Assembly: GCA_046091195.1 (NCBI GenBank)
Contig: JBJTBD010000054.1
Location: 1 to 53,485, forward strand
Direction: 5' to 3'
DNA from: Actinomycetota bacterium
GTDB lineage: Bacteria; Actinomycetota; Actinomycetes; S36-B12
DNA length: 53,485 bases
Part shown: positions 1 through 8,643 of the stretch, piece by piece
Numbering within the stretch: position 1 is the stretch's first letter
Layout of the letters: each line of letters begins with the position of its first letter
Position numbers and translations under genes: made by a program
The notes under the pieces: model-generated
Database searches by the model: none
What the model saw: only the letters and a program-made list of their open reading frames with translations
Told to the model about the DNA's origin: nothing

Positions 1-709
1 GTCGTGTGCAGAGCAGTGCGAGGGTCACCCAGGGGGCAGCCACCGACACTCGCGCAGCGTTGACCGTCCAGCTCTGTCGCGCCTCGATGTCGCCACGAGT
101 GCGCGCGTCTTCACGGAGGAGGACCGCCAGTGTGCGGAGCACAGTCCCGAGGTCTGTGCCGCCCACATCCCACGCGACCGCGAGCGCGGCCACGACGCGA
201 TCGGCCGTCGGATCCGACATCTCCTCGCGGAGAACCTCGAGTGCACCCGGGAAAGAACCGGTCGCCCGGTACTCCCCTGAGAATCGGAGGAAGTACGGAC
301 GAAGGGGCTCCGGACCGCGCACACCGAGATCGGCGACGGCTTCCGGGAGCGCGAGGCCGGCGCGTACCCCGGAGACGAGGGAATCCACAGCATCCGGCCA
401 GGAGGCACGTCTCGACGCGATGCGTTGCCGAACGCGGCGACGCAACAGCATGAGCGGTGCACCACCGGCGAGAGCCGCTGCCAGGAGGGCTGCCATCGGG
501 ACCGCCGTCACGATCAGCGTCAGTGCACCGATGACGACCGCGCATGCGATACAGGCGCTGACCACTCCCGCTGGCGTCACCCGTGGAATGCCGGAGTGGG
601 TGATGAGTGCGGTCAGTCGTGATGGACGCACGACTCGGGGGGAAACTCGACCGGTTCCGAGAATGAGAAGGACTCCGACGGCGAAAGCCAGACCGACGAT
701 GGCACCCAT
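1..709 (-). CDS. tadB: Tad pilus inner-membrane platform protein TadB (T2SS F family), 3' end runs off the window
   Basis: Not in the ORF track. Hand translation from ATG 709 (TGATG overlap with the cpaF stop) gives MGAIVGLAFAVG...WPDAVDSLVSGVRAGLALPEA...GGTDLGTVLRTL...ARQSWTVNAAR, the typical actinobacterial TadB pattern; lies directly after cpaF. Confidence 0.85.
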   Translation of the reverse strand, partial: MGAIVGLAFAVGVLLILGTGRVSPRVVRPSRLTALITHSGIPRVTPAGVVSACIACAVVIGALTLIVTAVPMAALLAAALAGGAPLMLLRRRVRQRIASRRASWPDAVDSLVSGVRAGLALPEAVADLGVRGPEPLRPYFLRFSGEYRATGSFPGALEVLREEMSDPTADRVVAALAVAWDVGGTDLGTVLRTLAVLLREDARTRGDIEARQSWTVNAARVSVAAPWVTLALLCTR

Positions 710-1935
710 CAGGCAACCCGGGTCAGTGTCGGATCCAGCAACTCGGCGAGCGTGATTCCGCAGCGTGCGAATCGATCGCCATGCGGCGGGTACCCACTGC
801 CGCGCACCAGTCCTTGGCCGACGTCCTTGAAGATCGAGGACATCTCGACGACACCGTTCTCGACGCGGCCGGTGACTCCGGCGATCTCGGTGATCCGCCG
901 CGCACCATCGTTCGCGGTGCGCGTGTGAACCACCACTTCGACCGACGACGCGACCGTGGGCACCACGAACTCGCCTGGGATGTTTCGACCCGCGAGCAGG
1001 GGCAGCGTGCAGAGTTTCGTGACAGCTTCCCGCGCACTGTTGGCATGAACGGTCGCCATGGCCGGCATGCCGGAATTCATGGCGATGAGCAAGTCCAACG
1101 CCTCTTCCTGGCGCACTTCGCCCACGATGAGCCGCGTGGGGCGCATGCGGAGCGCTTCCCGCACCAGGCGCCGCAGCGGGATCCCACCCGTCCCCTCCAG
1201 GCTGGGGTCGCGCGTCTGCATCGCGACCCAATCCGGATGATCGATGTCGATTTCGAAGACTTCCTCGCAACTCACGATCCGCTCCTGAGGTGGAATGCAT
1301 CCGAGAAGCCCGCACATCAATGTTGTTTTTCCCGCCTGAGTTCCGCCTGCGACGATGATGTTCAGGCCCGCACGAACACTCGCGTCGAGGAACCGTGCCG
1401 CATGCTGGGTGATCGTTCCCCGCGGAACCAGATCCTGGATGTGACGGGGACGCACGATGAACTTCCGGACGTTGATCACCCAATGGCGTCGGGTGACGTC
1501 GGGAATCGCAACGTGCAATCGGCTCCCATCCGGCAACGTGGCATCGACGAAGGGCTCGGTGAGATCTAGGCGTCGACCCGATGTCCGCAGCATGCGTTCG
1601 ACTAGCGCCCGCACCTCCGCCTCGGTGAACCTGACGTCGGTCACCGTGGCCCGACCTTCTCGGGCGACGAATATCCGCGTCGGCTCGTTCCACCAGATCT
1701 CCTCCACCGTGGGATCGTCGAAGAGGTGCTGCAGGGGCCCAAACCCCGACACGGCGTTGTGGACGTCGCGAATCAGAGTGCGCGCATCCCCCATGCCCTG
1801 GGTAAGGAGGAACTCCGCCGCCTCCTGCTCGATGAGTCGAAGGACACGGTCGGAGTCGAGGAGCGGATCGATACCGTCCCGCCGGATGTGACCACGAATA
1901 CGACTCTCGAGCTGTTCGCGTACGTCGACGTCCAT
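709..1935 (-). CDS. cpaF: CpaF/TadA pilus assembly ATPase
   Basis: Walker A GGTQAGKTT, Asp box CEEVFE, LRMRPTRLIVGEVR, His box TVHANS. Start set at MDVDVREQ (ATG 1935) rather than the longer ORF start. Confidence 0.92.
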   Translation of the reverse strand: MDVDVREQLESRIRGHIRRDGIDPLLDSDRVLRLIEQEAAEFLLTQGMGDARTLIRDVHNAVSGFGPLQHLFDDPTVEEIWWNEPTRIFVAREGRATVTDVRFTEAEVRALVERMLRTSGRRLDLTEPFVDATLPDGSRLHVAIPDVTRRHWVINVRKFIVRPRHIQDLVPRGTITQHAARFLDASVRAGLNIIVAGGTQAGKTTLMCGLLGCIPPQERIVSCEEVFEIDIDHPDWVAMQTRDPSLEGTGGIPLRRLVREALRMRPTRLIVGEVRQEEALDLLIAMNSGMPAMATVHANSAREAVTKLCTLPLLAGRNIPGEFVVPTVASSVEVVVHTRTANDGARRITEIAGVTGRVENGVVEMSSIFKDVGQGLVRGSGYPPHGDRFARCGITLAELLDPTLTRVA

Positions 1936-2029
1936 TGCTCGCCCATCCCGTAGTAGTTCGGTGACGGTAGGACGGGTCAGGTGAGCGCAGGAATCCCCGA
2001 AATTCTTCCTGTGGACAACGGCCTGTGGA

Positions 2030-2932
2030 TCAACGCGCGTCGACGCGGGAGTCGCGCGCGATAAAGCGATCCCAGGCGGACTTGACGAACTCCGGGTGTT
2101 CCATCTGCGCGACATGCCCGCTGTCGGGGAGGACCACGACATGTGCGTCCGGGAAGACGGAGGTCGCTCGGTGCGCGGAGCGGGCGTCCACGAGCGGATC
2201 CTTGCGGCCGTAGATGAGGAGGGTGGGGACGCGCACGCGCTCGGCCAACTTCCAGGGACGTTCGGGACCTCGGTCCACATACGTCTTGAGCAAGGAGCGC
2301 AGGGTCCGCAGGAAGACCTCCGGGACGTATGGGAGTCCGGTCCGCTGTTCGAGCTCGGCGACTGCTTCCGACATGCGCTCCGGGGACATCCGACTGGGAT
2401 CGGCGAAGTTCGCGGTGATCGACATGCGAGCGCGCTCGACAGCGGGTGCCTGCAGGAACTTCGGCATGAGCCGCTCTCCCACTCCGGGGAGGGCGATCAT
2501 CGGCAGGTGCATGTTGCCCTTGGTCGCGTAGAGGCTTGGGAGTGCCGGCGAGATGAGCGTCAGGGATCGGACGAGGTTCGGGTAGCGCGCCGCGATGTTG
2601 ATCGCCACCGCACCACCGAAGGAGTTACCGAATAGGTGCACCGGGGAAAGGCCGAGATGCTCGACAAGAGCAGCCAACGCGCGCGCGTGCCCCTTGGGTG
2701 ACATGTCACCGTCACGCGGCGGCGGGGACATTCCAAATCCCCCGAGATCCACCGCGTACCCATCGACCTCGTTGCGCATGCGGAACATCAGGTCGGTCCA
2801 GTTCAACGCCGATCCGCCGAGCCCGTGGATGAACATTGCCGGGGGAAGTTCCGGTGCCTCCGCATGGCGAACATGCAGTGTGCGATCGGGAAGTACAACC
2901 TCGGTGCCGGGGAACGGTCCGGGTGCGCTCAT
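2030..2932 (-). CDS. Alpha/beta fold hydrolase
   Basis: HGLGG oxyanion motif, GNSFG nucleophile elbow, GRKDPLV and GHVAQME. Start has TACCCT-N6-ATG. Confidence 0.9.
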   Translation of the reverse strand: MSAPGPFPGTEVVLPDRTLHVRHAEAPELPPAMFIHGLGGSALNWTDLMFRMRNEVDGYAVDLGGFGMSPPPRDGDMSPKGHARALAALVEHLGLSPVHLFGNSFGGAVAINIAARYPNLVRSLTLISPALPSLYATKGNMHLPMIALPGVGERLMPKFLQAPAVERARMSITANFADPSRMSPERMSEAVAELEQRTGLPYVPEVFLRTLRSLLKTYVDRGPERPWKLAERVRVPTLLIYGRKDPLVDARSAHRATSVFPDAHVVVLPDSGHVAQMEHPEFVKSAWDRFIARDSRVDAR

Positions 2933-2992
2933 GCGGTCAGGGTACGTGCTGACCCACCCGTGAGGGGACATGCATCCCACTAGGGTGACTGG

Positions 2993-3634
2993 ATGACCGA
3001 GGCGGCGCCGCGGGGGGCACGGCTTCCGCGCGAGCAGCGACGCGAACAGATCCTGGCGGCCGCCCGGGATGTCTTCGGGGGCAGCGGATACCACCCGACC
3101 TCCATGGAGGAAATCGCCGACGGTGCAGGTGTCACCAAGCCGGTTCTCTACCAGCATTTCGATAGCAAACTCGATCTCTATCTGGCGGTGCTGGACACCA
3201 CCATCGACGAACTACTTACCGCAACGGACATCGCCTTGCGATCCACATCGGACAACAAGTTGCGTGTACAACAGACGATGCGTGCCTACTTCGCATTCGT
3301 CGACTCGACAGACGGGATCTACCGACTCCTCTTCGAGAGCGACATCATCGGTAACGACGACGTCCGTATTCGCGTCGACCGGGCCCATGCCGAAGTCGCC
3401 CGGCGCATCGCGGCGGTCATTGCGGAGGACACTGACCTCGGTGAGTCGGAAACCCTGTTGCTGGGATCTGCCCTGCAGGGATTGGCCCAGGTGGCCGCAA
3501 CCCGCTGGATCCGCGGCCATGCCGGTCCGATGGATCGCGATGAAGCAGCGGACCTCGTCGCCGCCCTCGCCTGGCGCGGTATACGCGGCTTCCCGTTAAG
3601 CCACCCTCGTGAGGATTCCCCCGACGCTTCCTGA
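2993..3634 (+). CDS. TetR/AcrR family transcriptional regulator
   Basis: N-terminal HTH SMEEIADGAGVTKPVLYQHFDSK; conserved C-terminal AWRGIRGFP; adjacent to DUF3107. Confidence 0.92.
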   Translation: MTEAAPRGARLPREQRREQILAAARDVFGGSGYHPTSMEEIADGAGVTKPVLYQHFDSKLDLYLAVLDTTIDELLTATDIALRSTSDNKLRVQQTMRAYFAFVDSTDGIYRLLFESDIIGNDDVRIRVDRAHAEVARRIAAVIAEDTDLGESETLLLGSALQGLAQVAATRWIRGHAGPMDRDEAADLVAALAWRGIRGFPLSHPREDSPDAS

Positions 3635-3667
3635 GACCATGGTGCTCCCCAAGTGTGAGGATCTGTA

Positions 3668-3895
3668 GTGGAAATCAAGATCGGTGTCCATGACCACCCG
3701 CGTGAGTTGACCATCGACAGCGAGGAGTCGATCGAGGCCATCGAGAGTCAGGTGCGTGCCGCTATCACCAAGGGTGATGTCCTACGTCTCGCAGATTCCA
3801 AGGAGCGCACCGTGCTGGTCCCCGCGGAAAAGATCGCGTTCGTGGAAATCACCCCGACCACGCGTGGTCGCGTCGGATTCGGGTCTCCGGCTTAA
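3668..3895 (+). CDS. DUF3107 family protein
   Basis: MEIKIGVHDHPRELTI...KIAFVEI...GRVGFG; usual position between TetR and the ferritin-like gene. Confidence 0.85.
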   Translation: MEIKIGVHDHPRELTIDSEESIEAIESQVRAAITKGDVLRLADSKERTVLVPAEKIAFVEITPTTRGRVGFGSPA

Positions 3896-4581
3896 GCGGC
3901 AAGCCCCATCTCCGCCATCCGGCGCGAGTGATTCTCAGTTAAGCGCGCCAACATACGACCGATCTCGGCCAAGTCTGCGCCCGGCCGATCCACGCCTCCG
4001 ACAAGCAGGCTCGACAGCGCATCGCGCTCCGCGGCGACGCGTTGCGCCTGGGATAGTGCTTCACCGACGAGCCTGCGACCCCACAGAGCGAGCCGGCCGG
4101 CTACCCGTGGATCCTCATCGATCGCCGATCGCACCGCATCGACGATGAAGACCGCCTGACCCAGGTCCTCGCACACCCGGAGCACCAACTCCCGCGTCTC
4201 GGGATCGAGGCGGACGGCGATCTCCCGGTAGAAGTCCAATCCGATCCCATCGCCGACATACGCCTTGACCAGGCCCTCGAGCCAGTCACTTGGCTTGGTG
4301 TGTGCATGGAAGTCATCGATCGGCGTGCGGAACGGCTCCATCGCGACGAGAGGGTCGACTCCGAGATCCCTCAACCGTCGGCTCAACTCCTCGTAATGAC
4401 GGAACTCCGCCGCGGCCATGCCGGAGAGGGCAACCGTGTCCGCCAAGGTGGGAGACATCGCAGCGTCGGCCGCGATCCGCTCGAAGGCGCTTAACTCTCC
4501 ATAAGCGAGGACACCAAGGAGGTCGACGACGGCGGCCCGATACTCCGGATCGTCCTGCAGGAGTTCCACCGATACCGACAT
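3892..4581 (-). CDS. Ferritin-like fold (MiaE-like) protein
   Basis: LGVLAYGELSAFER, WLEGLVKAYVGDG, LALWGRRLVGEALSQ; divergent from the DEAD helicase; TAGCCT-N8-ATG start at 4581. Confidence 0.85.
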   Translation of the reverse strand: MSVSVELLQDDPEYRAAVVDLLGVLAYGELSAFERIAADAAMSPTLADTVALSGMAAAEFRHYEELSRRLRDLGVDPLVAMEPFRTPIDDFHAHTKPSDWLEGLVKAYVGDGIGLDFYREIAVRLDPETRELVLRVCEDLGQAVFIVDAVRSAIDEDPRVAGRLALWGRRLVGEALSQAQRVAAERDALSSLLVGGVDRPGADLAEIGRMLARLTENHSRRMAEMGLAA

Positions 4582-4678
4582 GGGTCGTAAGGCTAGTGGG
4601 GCCACCGGGTACAGTGAAGTCAGCACAATCGTGCATGACGCCGCGCGACACTCACCGCGCGAGAGACTTGGAGAAGTT

Positions 4679-6121
4679 CTGAGCACAGTTGACCCCACCT
4701 CGGCCCCCACGTTCGCGGAACTCGGCGCCGAGAAGTCCATCGTCGAGGCCCTGGCAGCCGATGGCATCGAATACGCGTTCCCGATCCAGCAGATGTGCAT
4801 GGCACTGGCCCTCGAGGGCAAGGATCTGATCGGACAAGCCAAGACCGGCACCGGGAAGACACTCGGATTCGGGATCCCGCTGCTTCAACGCTTGACCTCA
4901 CCCCTTGCACCCGAGTACCCGAGCGAGCCAGGCGTCGGGGCACCTCACGCCCTCGTCGTCTGCCCCACACGCGAACTATCCCTGCAGGTAGCCACCGACC
5001 TCGAGCGCGCCGGTCGCATCAAGGGCATGCGTGTTCTCGCGATCTACGGTGGCCGTGCCTACGAGCCCCAGATAGACGCGCTCACGGCCGGCATCGATGT
5101 GGTGGTCGGAACACCCGGCCGCATCATCGATCTCGCAACACGCGGATCACTCGTGTTGAGTCACGTGCGCGTTCTCGTTCTCGATGAAGCGGACGAGATG
5201 CTCGACATGGGATTTCTTCCCGACGTCGAACGCATCGTCGACCTCCTTCCCACGGAACGGCAGACGATGCTGTTCTCCGCGACGATGCCCGGGCAGATCG
5301 TTGCTCTCGCGCGGCGCTACATGCGACAACCGATCCACATCCGCGCATCGGAACCCGGTGATGACAACGCGACAGTCGACGCCATCGAACAGCATGTGTG
5401 GCGAGCACATCCGATGGACAAGGTGGAACTCGTCGCGCGGATCCTTCAAGCAGAGGGACGACACCTCGCGATGATCTTCACGCGCACCAAGCGCAAGGCG
5501 CAGAAGATCGCGGACGAGCTCACCGAGCGTGGCTTCGCCGTCGGCGCCGTGCACGGTGACCTCGGACAGGGTGCCCGCGAGCAAGCGTTGCGCGCCTACC
5601 GCTCCGGCAAAGTAGATGTGCTCGTCGCAACGGACCTGGCCGCCCGCGGCATCGACGTCGACGACGTGACGCACGTGGTCAATTACGAATGCCCGGATGA
5701 TGAGAAGACCTACCTCCACCGGATTGGGCGGACGGGCCGCGCGGGGGCCTCCGGCGTCGCCGTGACGCTCGTGGATTGGGAAGACGTGGCGCGCTGGCAG
5801 ATGATCGATCGCGCACTCAAGTTGCCTTTCAAGGATCCGATCGAGACGTACTCGACAAGCGAGCACGTCTATACGGGCTTGAAGATCCCGGCGGGAACCA
5901 CCGGCACACTGCCCAAGGACAAGCGGACCCGCGCCGGACTCACGGCCGAAGCCGTCGAAGACATCGGTGAGACCGGGAAGAAGTCGGGCAAGGGTCGTGA
6001 CAAGCCGAAGCGCCCATCGGAACAGCGCGCGAAAAGCGAGCGCCCACGTGAGGACCGGGAGAAGAAGTCCAAGCGCCCTCGCCAGCGAACCCGCAAGGGT
6101 GAACCGGTTTCAGGCCAGTAA
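4679..6121 (+). CDS. DEAD-box RNA helicase (RhlE-like); start uncertain, CTG 4679 preferred
   Basis: Q motif (FAELG...PIQ), AKTGTGKT, PTREL, DEAD, SAT, HRIGRTGR, and a basic C-terminal tail. Confidence 0.93.
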   Translation: MSTVDPTSAPTFAELGAEKSIVEALAADGIEYAFPIQQMCMALALEGKDLIGQAKTGTGKTLGFGIPLLQRLTSPLAPEYPSEPGVGAPHALVVCPTRELSLQVATDLERAGRIKGMRVLAIYGGRAYEPQIDALTAGIDVVVGTPGRIIDLATRGSLVLSHVRVLVLDEADEMLDMGFLPDVERIVDLLPTERQTMLFSATMPGQIVALARRYMRQPIHIRASEPGDDNATVDAIEQHVWRAHPMDKVELVARILQAEGRHLAMIFTRTKRKAQKIADELTERGFAVGAVHGDLGQGAREQALRAYRSGKVDVLVATDLAARGIDVDDVTHVVNYECPDDEKTYLHRIGRTGRAGASGVAVTLVDWEDVARWQMIDRALKLPFKDPIETYSTSEHVYTGLKIPAGTTGTLPKDKRTRAGLTAEAVEDIGETGKKSGKGRDKPKRPSEQRAKSERPREDREKKSKRPRQRTRKGEPVSGQ

Positions 6122-6880
6122 CGCTGCGGCGAGTTCGCGATAGGCACGGGCGGCGGGACTCCCCGACGCGGTGGCCAAGATCGTCCGTCCCGTTGCCGGA
6201 GCTTCCGCGACGCGCACGCTTCGGGGAATCGGTGCGAGCACGGGCACGTCGTAGCGCTCGGCGAGATCATCGCGAATCGCCCGCGCATGCAGCGACCGTC
6301 CGTCGTACAGGGTCGGGAGGATGCCGACAACGCGCAGATCAGGATTTGCCCACCGCTGCACCTCCGCCACCGCCTCCATCACTTGACCCACTCCGCGGTG
6401 GGACAGGGTCTCGCAATGAACAGGGATGAGGACGTCGTCGGCTGCGACGAGCGCGTTGATTGTCATGATGCCCAAGGACGGCGAGCAATCGAGAATCACC
6501 CAGTCGTACTTCCCGCGGTGCAAGGCCACGAAGTCGCGCACAAGTCTCTCCCGTCCCGATCTCGCCGCGAGCGCATGGTCCGCACGGGCAAGGTCCGATG
6601 TGGCGGGGAGTAGATCCACACCCTCGGCCGTGCCGATGATTCGCGCGGAATCACCCAGGAACGGTGTGGCATCGCGTGGGACATCCTCGGGATCGATACC
6701 CAACGAGAAACTCGCGCACGCCTGCGCATCGAGATCGAGAACGAGCACACGCTTTCCTCGCTCAGCCAACGCGGACGCCAGGGTGATCGACGTGGTCGTC
6801 TTCGCGACCCCGCCCTTCTGGTTGGCAATCGCCAGCACCCGTGCACCCTCGAGCACGGCGGGGCCCTCTCCGAGCGGCAT
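6110..6880 (-). CDS. ParA/Soj family ATPase (orphan)
   Basis: Deviant Walker A NQKGGVAKTT, DLDAQA, DCSPSLG; translationally coupled to the upstream membrane gene. Confidence 0.9.
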   Translation of the reverse strand: MPLGEGPAVLEGARVLAIANQKGGVAKTTTSITLASALAERGKRVLVLDLDAQACASFSLGIDPEDVPRDATPFLGDSARIIGTAEGVDLLPATSDLARADHALAARSGRERLVRDFVALHRGKYDWVILDCSPSLGIMTINALVAADDVLIPVHCETLSHRGVGQVMEAVAEVQRWANPDLRVVGILPTLYDGRSLHARAIRDDLAERYDVPVLAPIPRSVRVAEAPATGRTILATASGSPAARAYRELAAALLA

Positions 6881-7761
6881 CAGGTTCGCGGTGGATCTTC
6901 GTGCTGGGTGCTCTCCGATGTCGGTGCTAGGGCATCGAGTCGCCGCAGGATCTCCTGCTGCTGCTTGATGACGTATGCCAGCCGCGCATCCGTTGTCGAG
7001 GTCTGCCGACTCGTGGACTTGCTAGAGCGGGAATCGCGCACCGCCCACGTGAGCAGTCCCCCGTAGAGAGCCCCCAAGAAAATGGCGCTCACGATCTGGA
7101 GAACAGTGACGATGATCTGACCCTCATCGGTCAGCGGAGCCCCCACCTTGAGTGACGTGAGGCGGAAGAGCGTGGCCACTGTGAACTCCGCAGCGGCTCC
7201 CGGCTGCGCAAGAGGAGCGTTCGGGTTTTGCGCCTCCGCACCAAGGAGAGCGATTGATCCCATGATGATTGTGCCTACCGACCCGAGGAGCACGAACATG
7301 AAAACTTGGCCTGCCGAGATGCGTCGCAGTTGGAGCACGTACCCCACAACCAGGAACACGATCGCGAGGCCGGGGAGGTTGATGAAGATGGGCAGGGGGG
7401 CCAGAAGCATCGCAACATCCGACATCCGCACCAGACGCGACTCCTGAGTGCGCCGCCGATGGATGATGTCGAGGATCATCGCGGCGAGGATCACTGCCCA
7501 CATTGCGGCGAGGATGATCCAGAGCACCGTGCGCCCGACGTCGTGAACGGGGACGAACGCCAGCCACGTGACGATGAGCCCGTATGCCATGGACTTCGTG
7601 ATCGCCCGCATCACCACGAACCAGGTGGGAACGGGAATCGGGAGCGCGGCCTCCGCGGCAAGTCGGGACCGAATGCCGGAGGACTGCGCGCGCTGGTCAC
7701 CAGGCTTCCGGGCTTCACCGTCCGTCGGTGGAGTCGGCGGGCTCACATCGGGCTCGGACAT
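6880..7761 (-). CDS. Multi-pass membrane protein resembling a 6-TM potassium channel but lacking the TVGYG filter
   Basis: About 6 hydrophobic segments. The region GSIALLGAE...P.A.L...TVAT...PLTDEG...LLTWAV aligns by eye to the KcsA pore domain; C-terminal coiled-coil-like helix. TAACCT-N6-ATG start. Confidence 0.6.
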   Translation of the reverse strand: MSEPDVSPPTPPTDGEARKPGDQRAQSSGIRSRLAAEAALPIPVPTWFVVMRAITKSMAYGLIVTWLAFVPVHDVGRTVLWIILAAMWAVILAAMILDIIHRRRTQESRLVRMSDVAMLLAPLPIFINLPGLAIVFLVVGYVLQLRRISAGQVFMFVLLGSVGTIIMGSIALLGAEAQNPNAPLAQPGAAAEFTVATLFRLTSLKVGAPLTDEGQIIVTVLQIVSAIFLGALYGGLLTWAVRDSRSSKSTSRQTSTTDARLAYVIKQQQEILRRLDALAPTSESTQHEDPPRT

Positions 7762-7816
7762 ACACCAAGGTTAGTGTGAGCAACCCGATTCCATGGATGT
7801 TCAACGAGAGGCGTGA

Positions 7817-8614
7817 ATGGTGGCAGACGAGGACCGTCGCGGCTCACTGACAGCCGTCGGCTCGGGCATTAAATCCGTGGCACACCTGACACTCGAAGCA
7901 CAAGCGCATATCCGCGCCGCGGACATGGTCTTGATCTGTGCGGCTGACGCTGTCACCGACGGCTTCATTCGCGATCTGAACCCCCGGATCGAAGACCTGC
8001 ACGTCTATTACGGCCAGGATCGCCCGCGCCGAGAGACGTATCGCGCTATGGCGGATCGGATGGTCTGGCACGTCTGTGAGGGGCGTGAGGTGGTCGTGGT
8101 GATGTATGGGCACCCCGGTGTCTTTGTGAACCCCACATTCGTTGCCATCCAAGAACTGCGCGACCTGGGGTACCCGGCCCGCATGTTGCCCGGGGTTTCC
8201 GCAGAGGACTGCCTCATCGCGGACCTCGAGGTGGACCCGGCGGCCCACGGTCTCCAGACCTACGAGGCCACCTTCTTCATCACGCGTGCGGTGACCATCG
8301 ATATCCACGTCCCCCTCATCCTGTGGCAGGTGGGGTTGGTGGGAGACCACGGGTTCAACCGCGCCGGCTTCGACGGCCGACACCTGGACCTGCTCATCTC
8401 CCGGCTTGTGGAGCTGTACTCGCCGGAGCACGAGGTGGTCATCTACGAGGCCGCGCAGCACCCCCTGGCCCACCCGCGAGTCGTGGTGCGCCCCGTGGCA
8501 CAGGTGCAGCAGGCCGACCTCACCGCGATTTCCACGATGTTCATCCCGCCGTTGGGCGCACCCCCACCACAATCGGATACCCTCGCAATACTGCGTGAGC
8601 GCGACGGAGAATAG
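7817..8614 (+). CDS. Borosin-type SAM-dependent peptide backbone alpha-N-methyltransferase (TP_methylase fold, stand-alone)
   Basis: GSLTAVGSGI, YY.....R...Y (Y65/R71/Y75), YGHPGVFVNP, MLPGVSAEDCLIADL..DP, WQVGLVG, HEVVIYEAA, STMFIPP: the motif series of OphMA/SonM as I recall them. SD GAGAGG upstream. Confidence 0.9.
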   Translation: MVADEDRRGSLTAVGSGIKSVAHLTLEAQAHIRAADMVLICAADAVTDGFIRDLNPRIEDLHVYYGQDRPRRETYRAMADRMVWHVCEGREVVVVMYGHPGVFVNPTFVAIQELRDLGYPARMLPGVSAEDCLIADLEVDPAAHGLQTYEATFFITRAVTIDIHVPLILWQVGLVGDHGFNRAGFDGRHLDLLISRLVELYSPEHEVVIYEAAQHPLAHPRVVVRPVAQVQQADLTAISTMFIPPLGAPPPQSDTLAILRERDGE

Positions 8615-8643
8615 GCACGTCGACGTCTGTGAAGGAGAGCACC

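Noticed and set aside
6110-6880. parA as a sign of a plasmid or prophage
   Set aside because: No parB, rep, integrase or phage genes; orphan chromosomal ParA paralogues are normal in actinomycetes.
7817-8614. Cobalamin/siroheme tetrapyrrole methylase or RsmI
   Set aside because: It has GHP rather than GDP, carries the borosin-specific Y-x5-R-x3-Y and SAEDCL.ADL..DP motifs, has no cob/cys neighbours, and has a precursor-like gene downstream.
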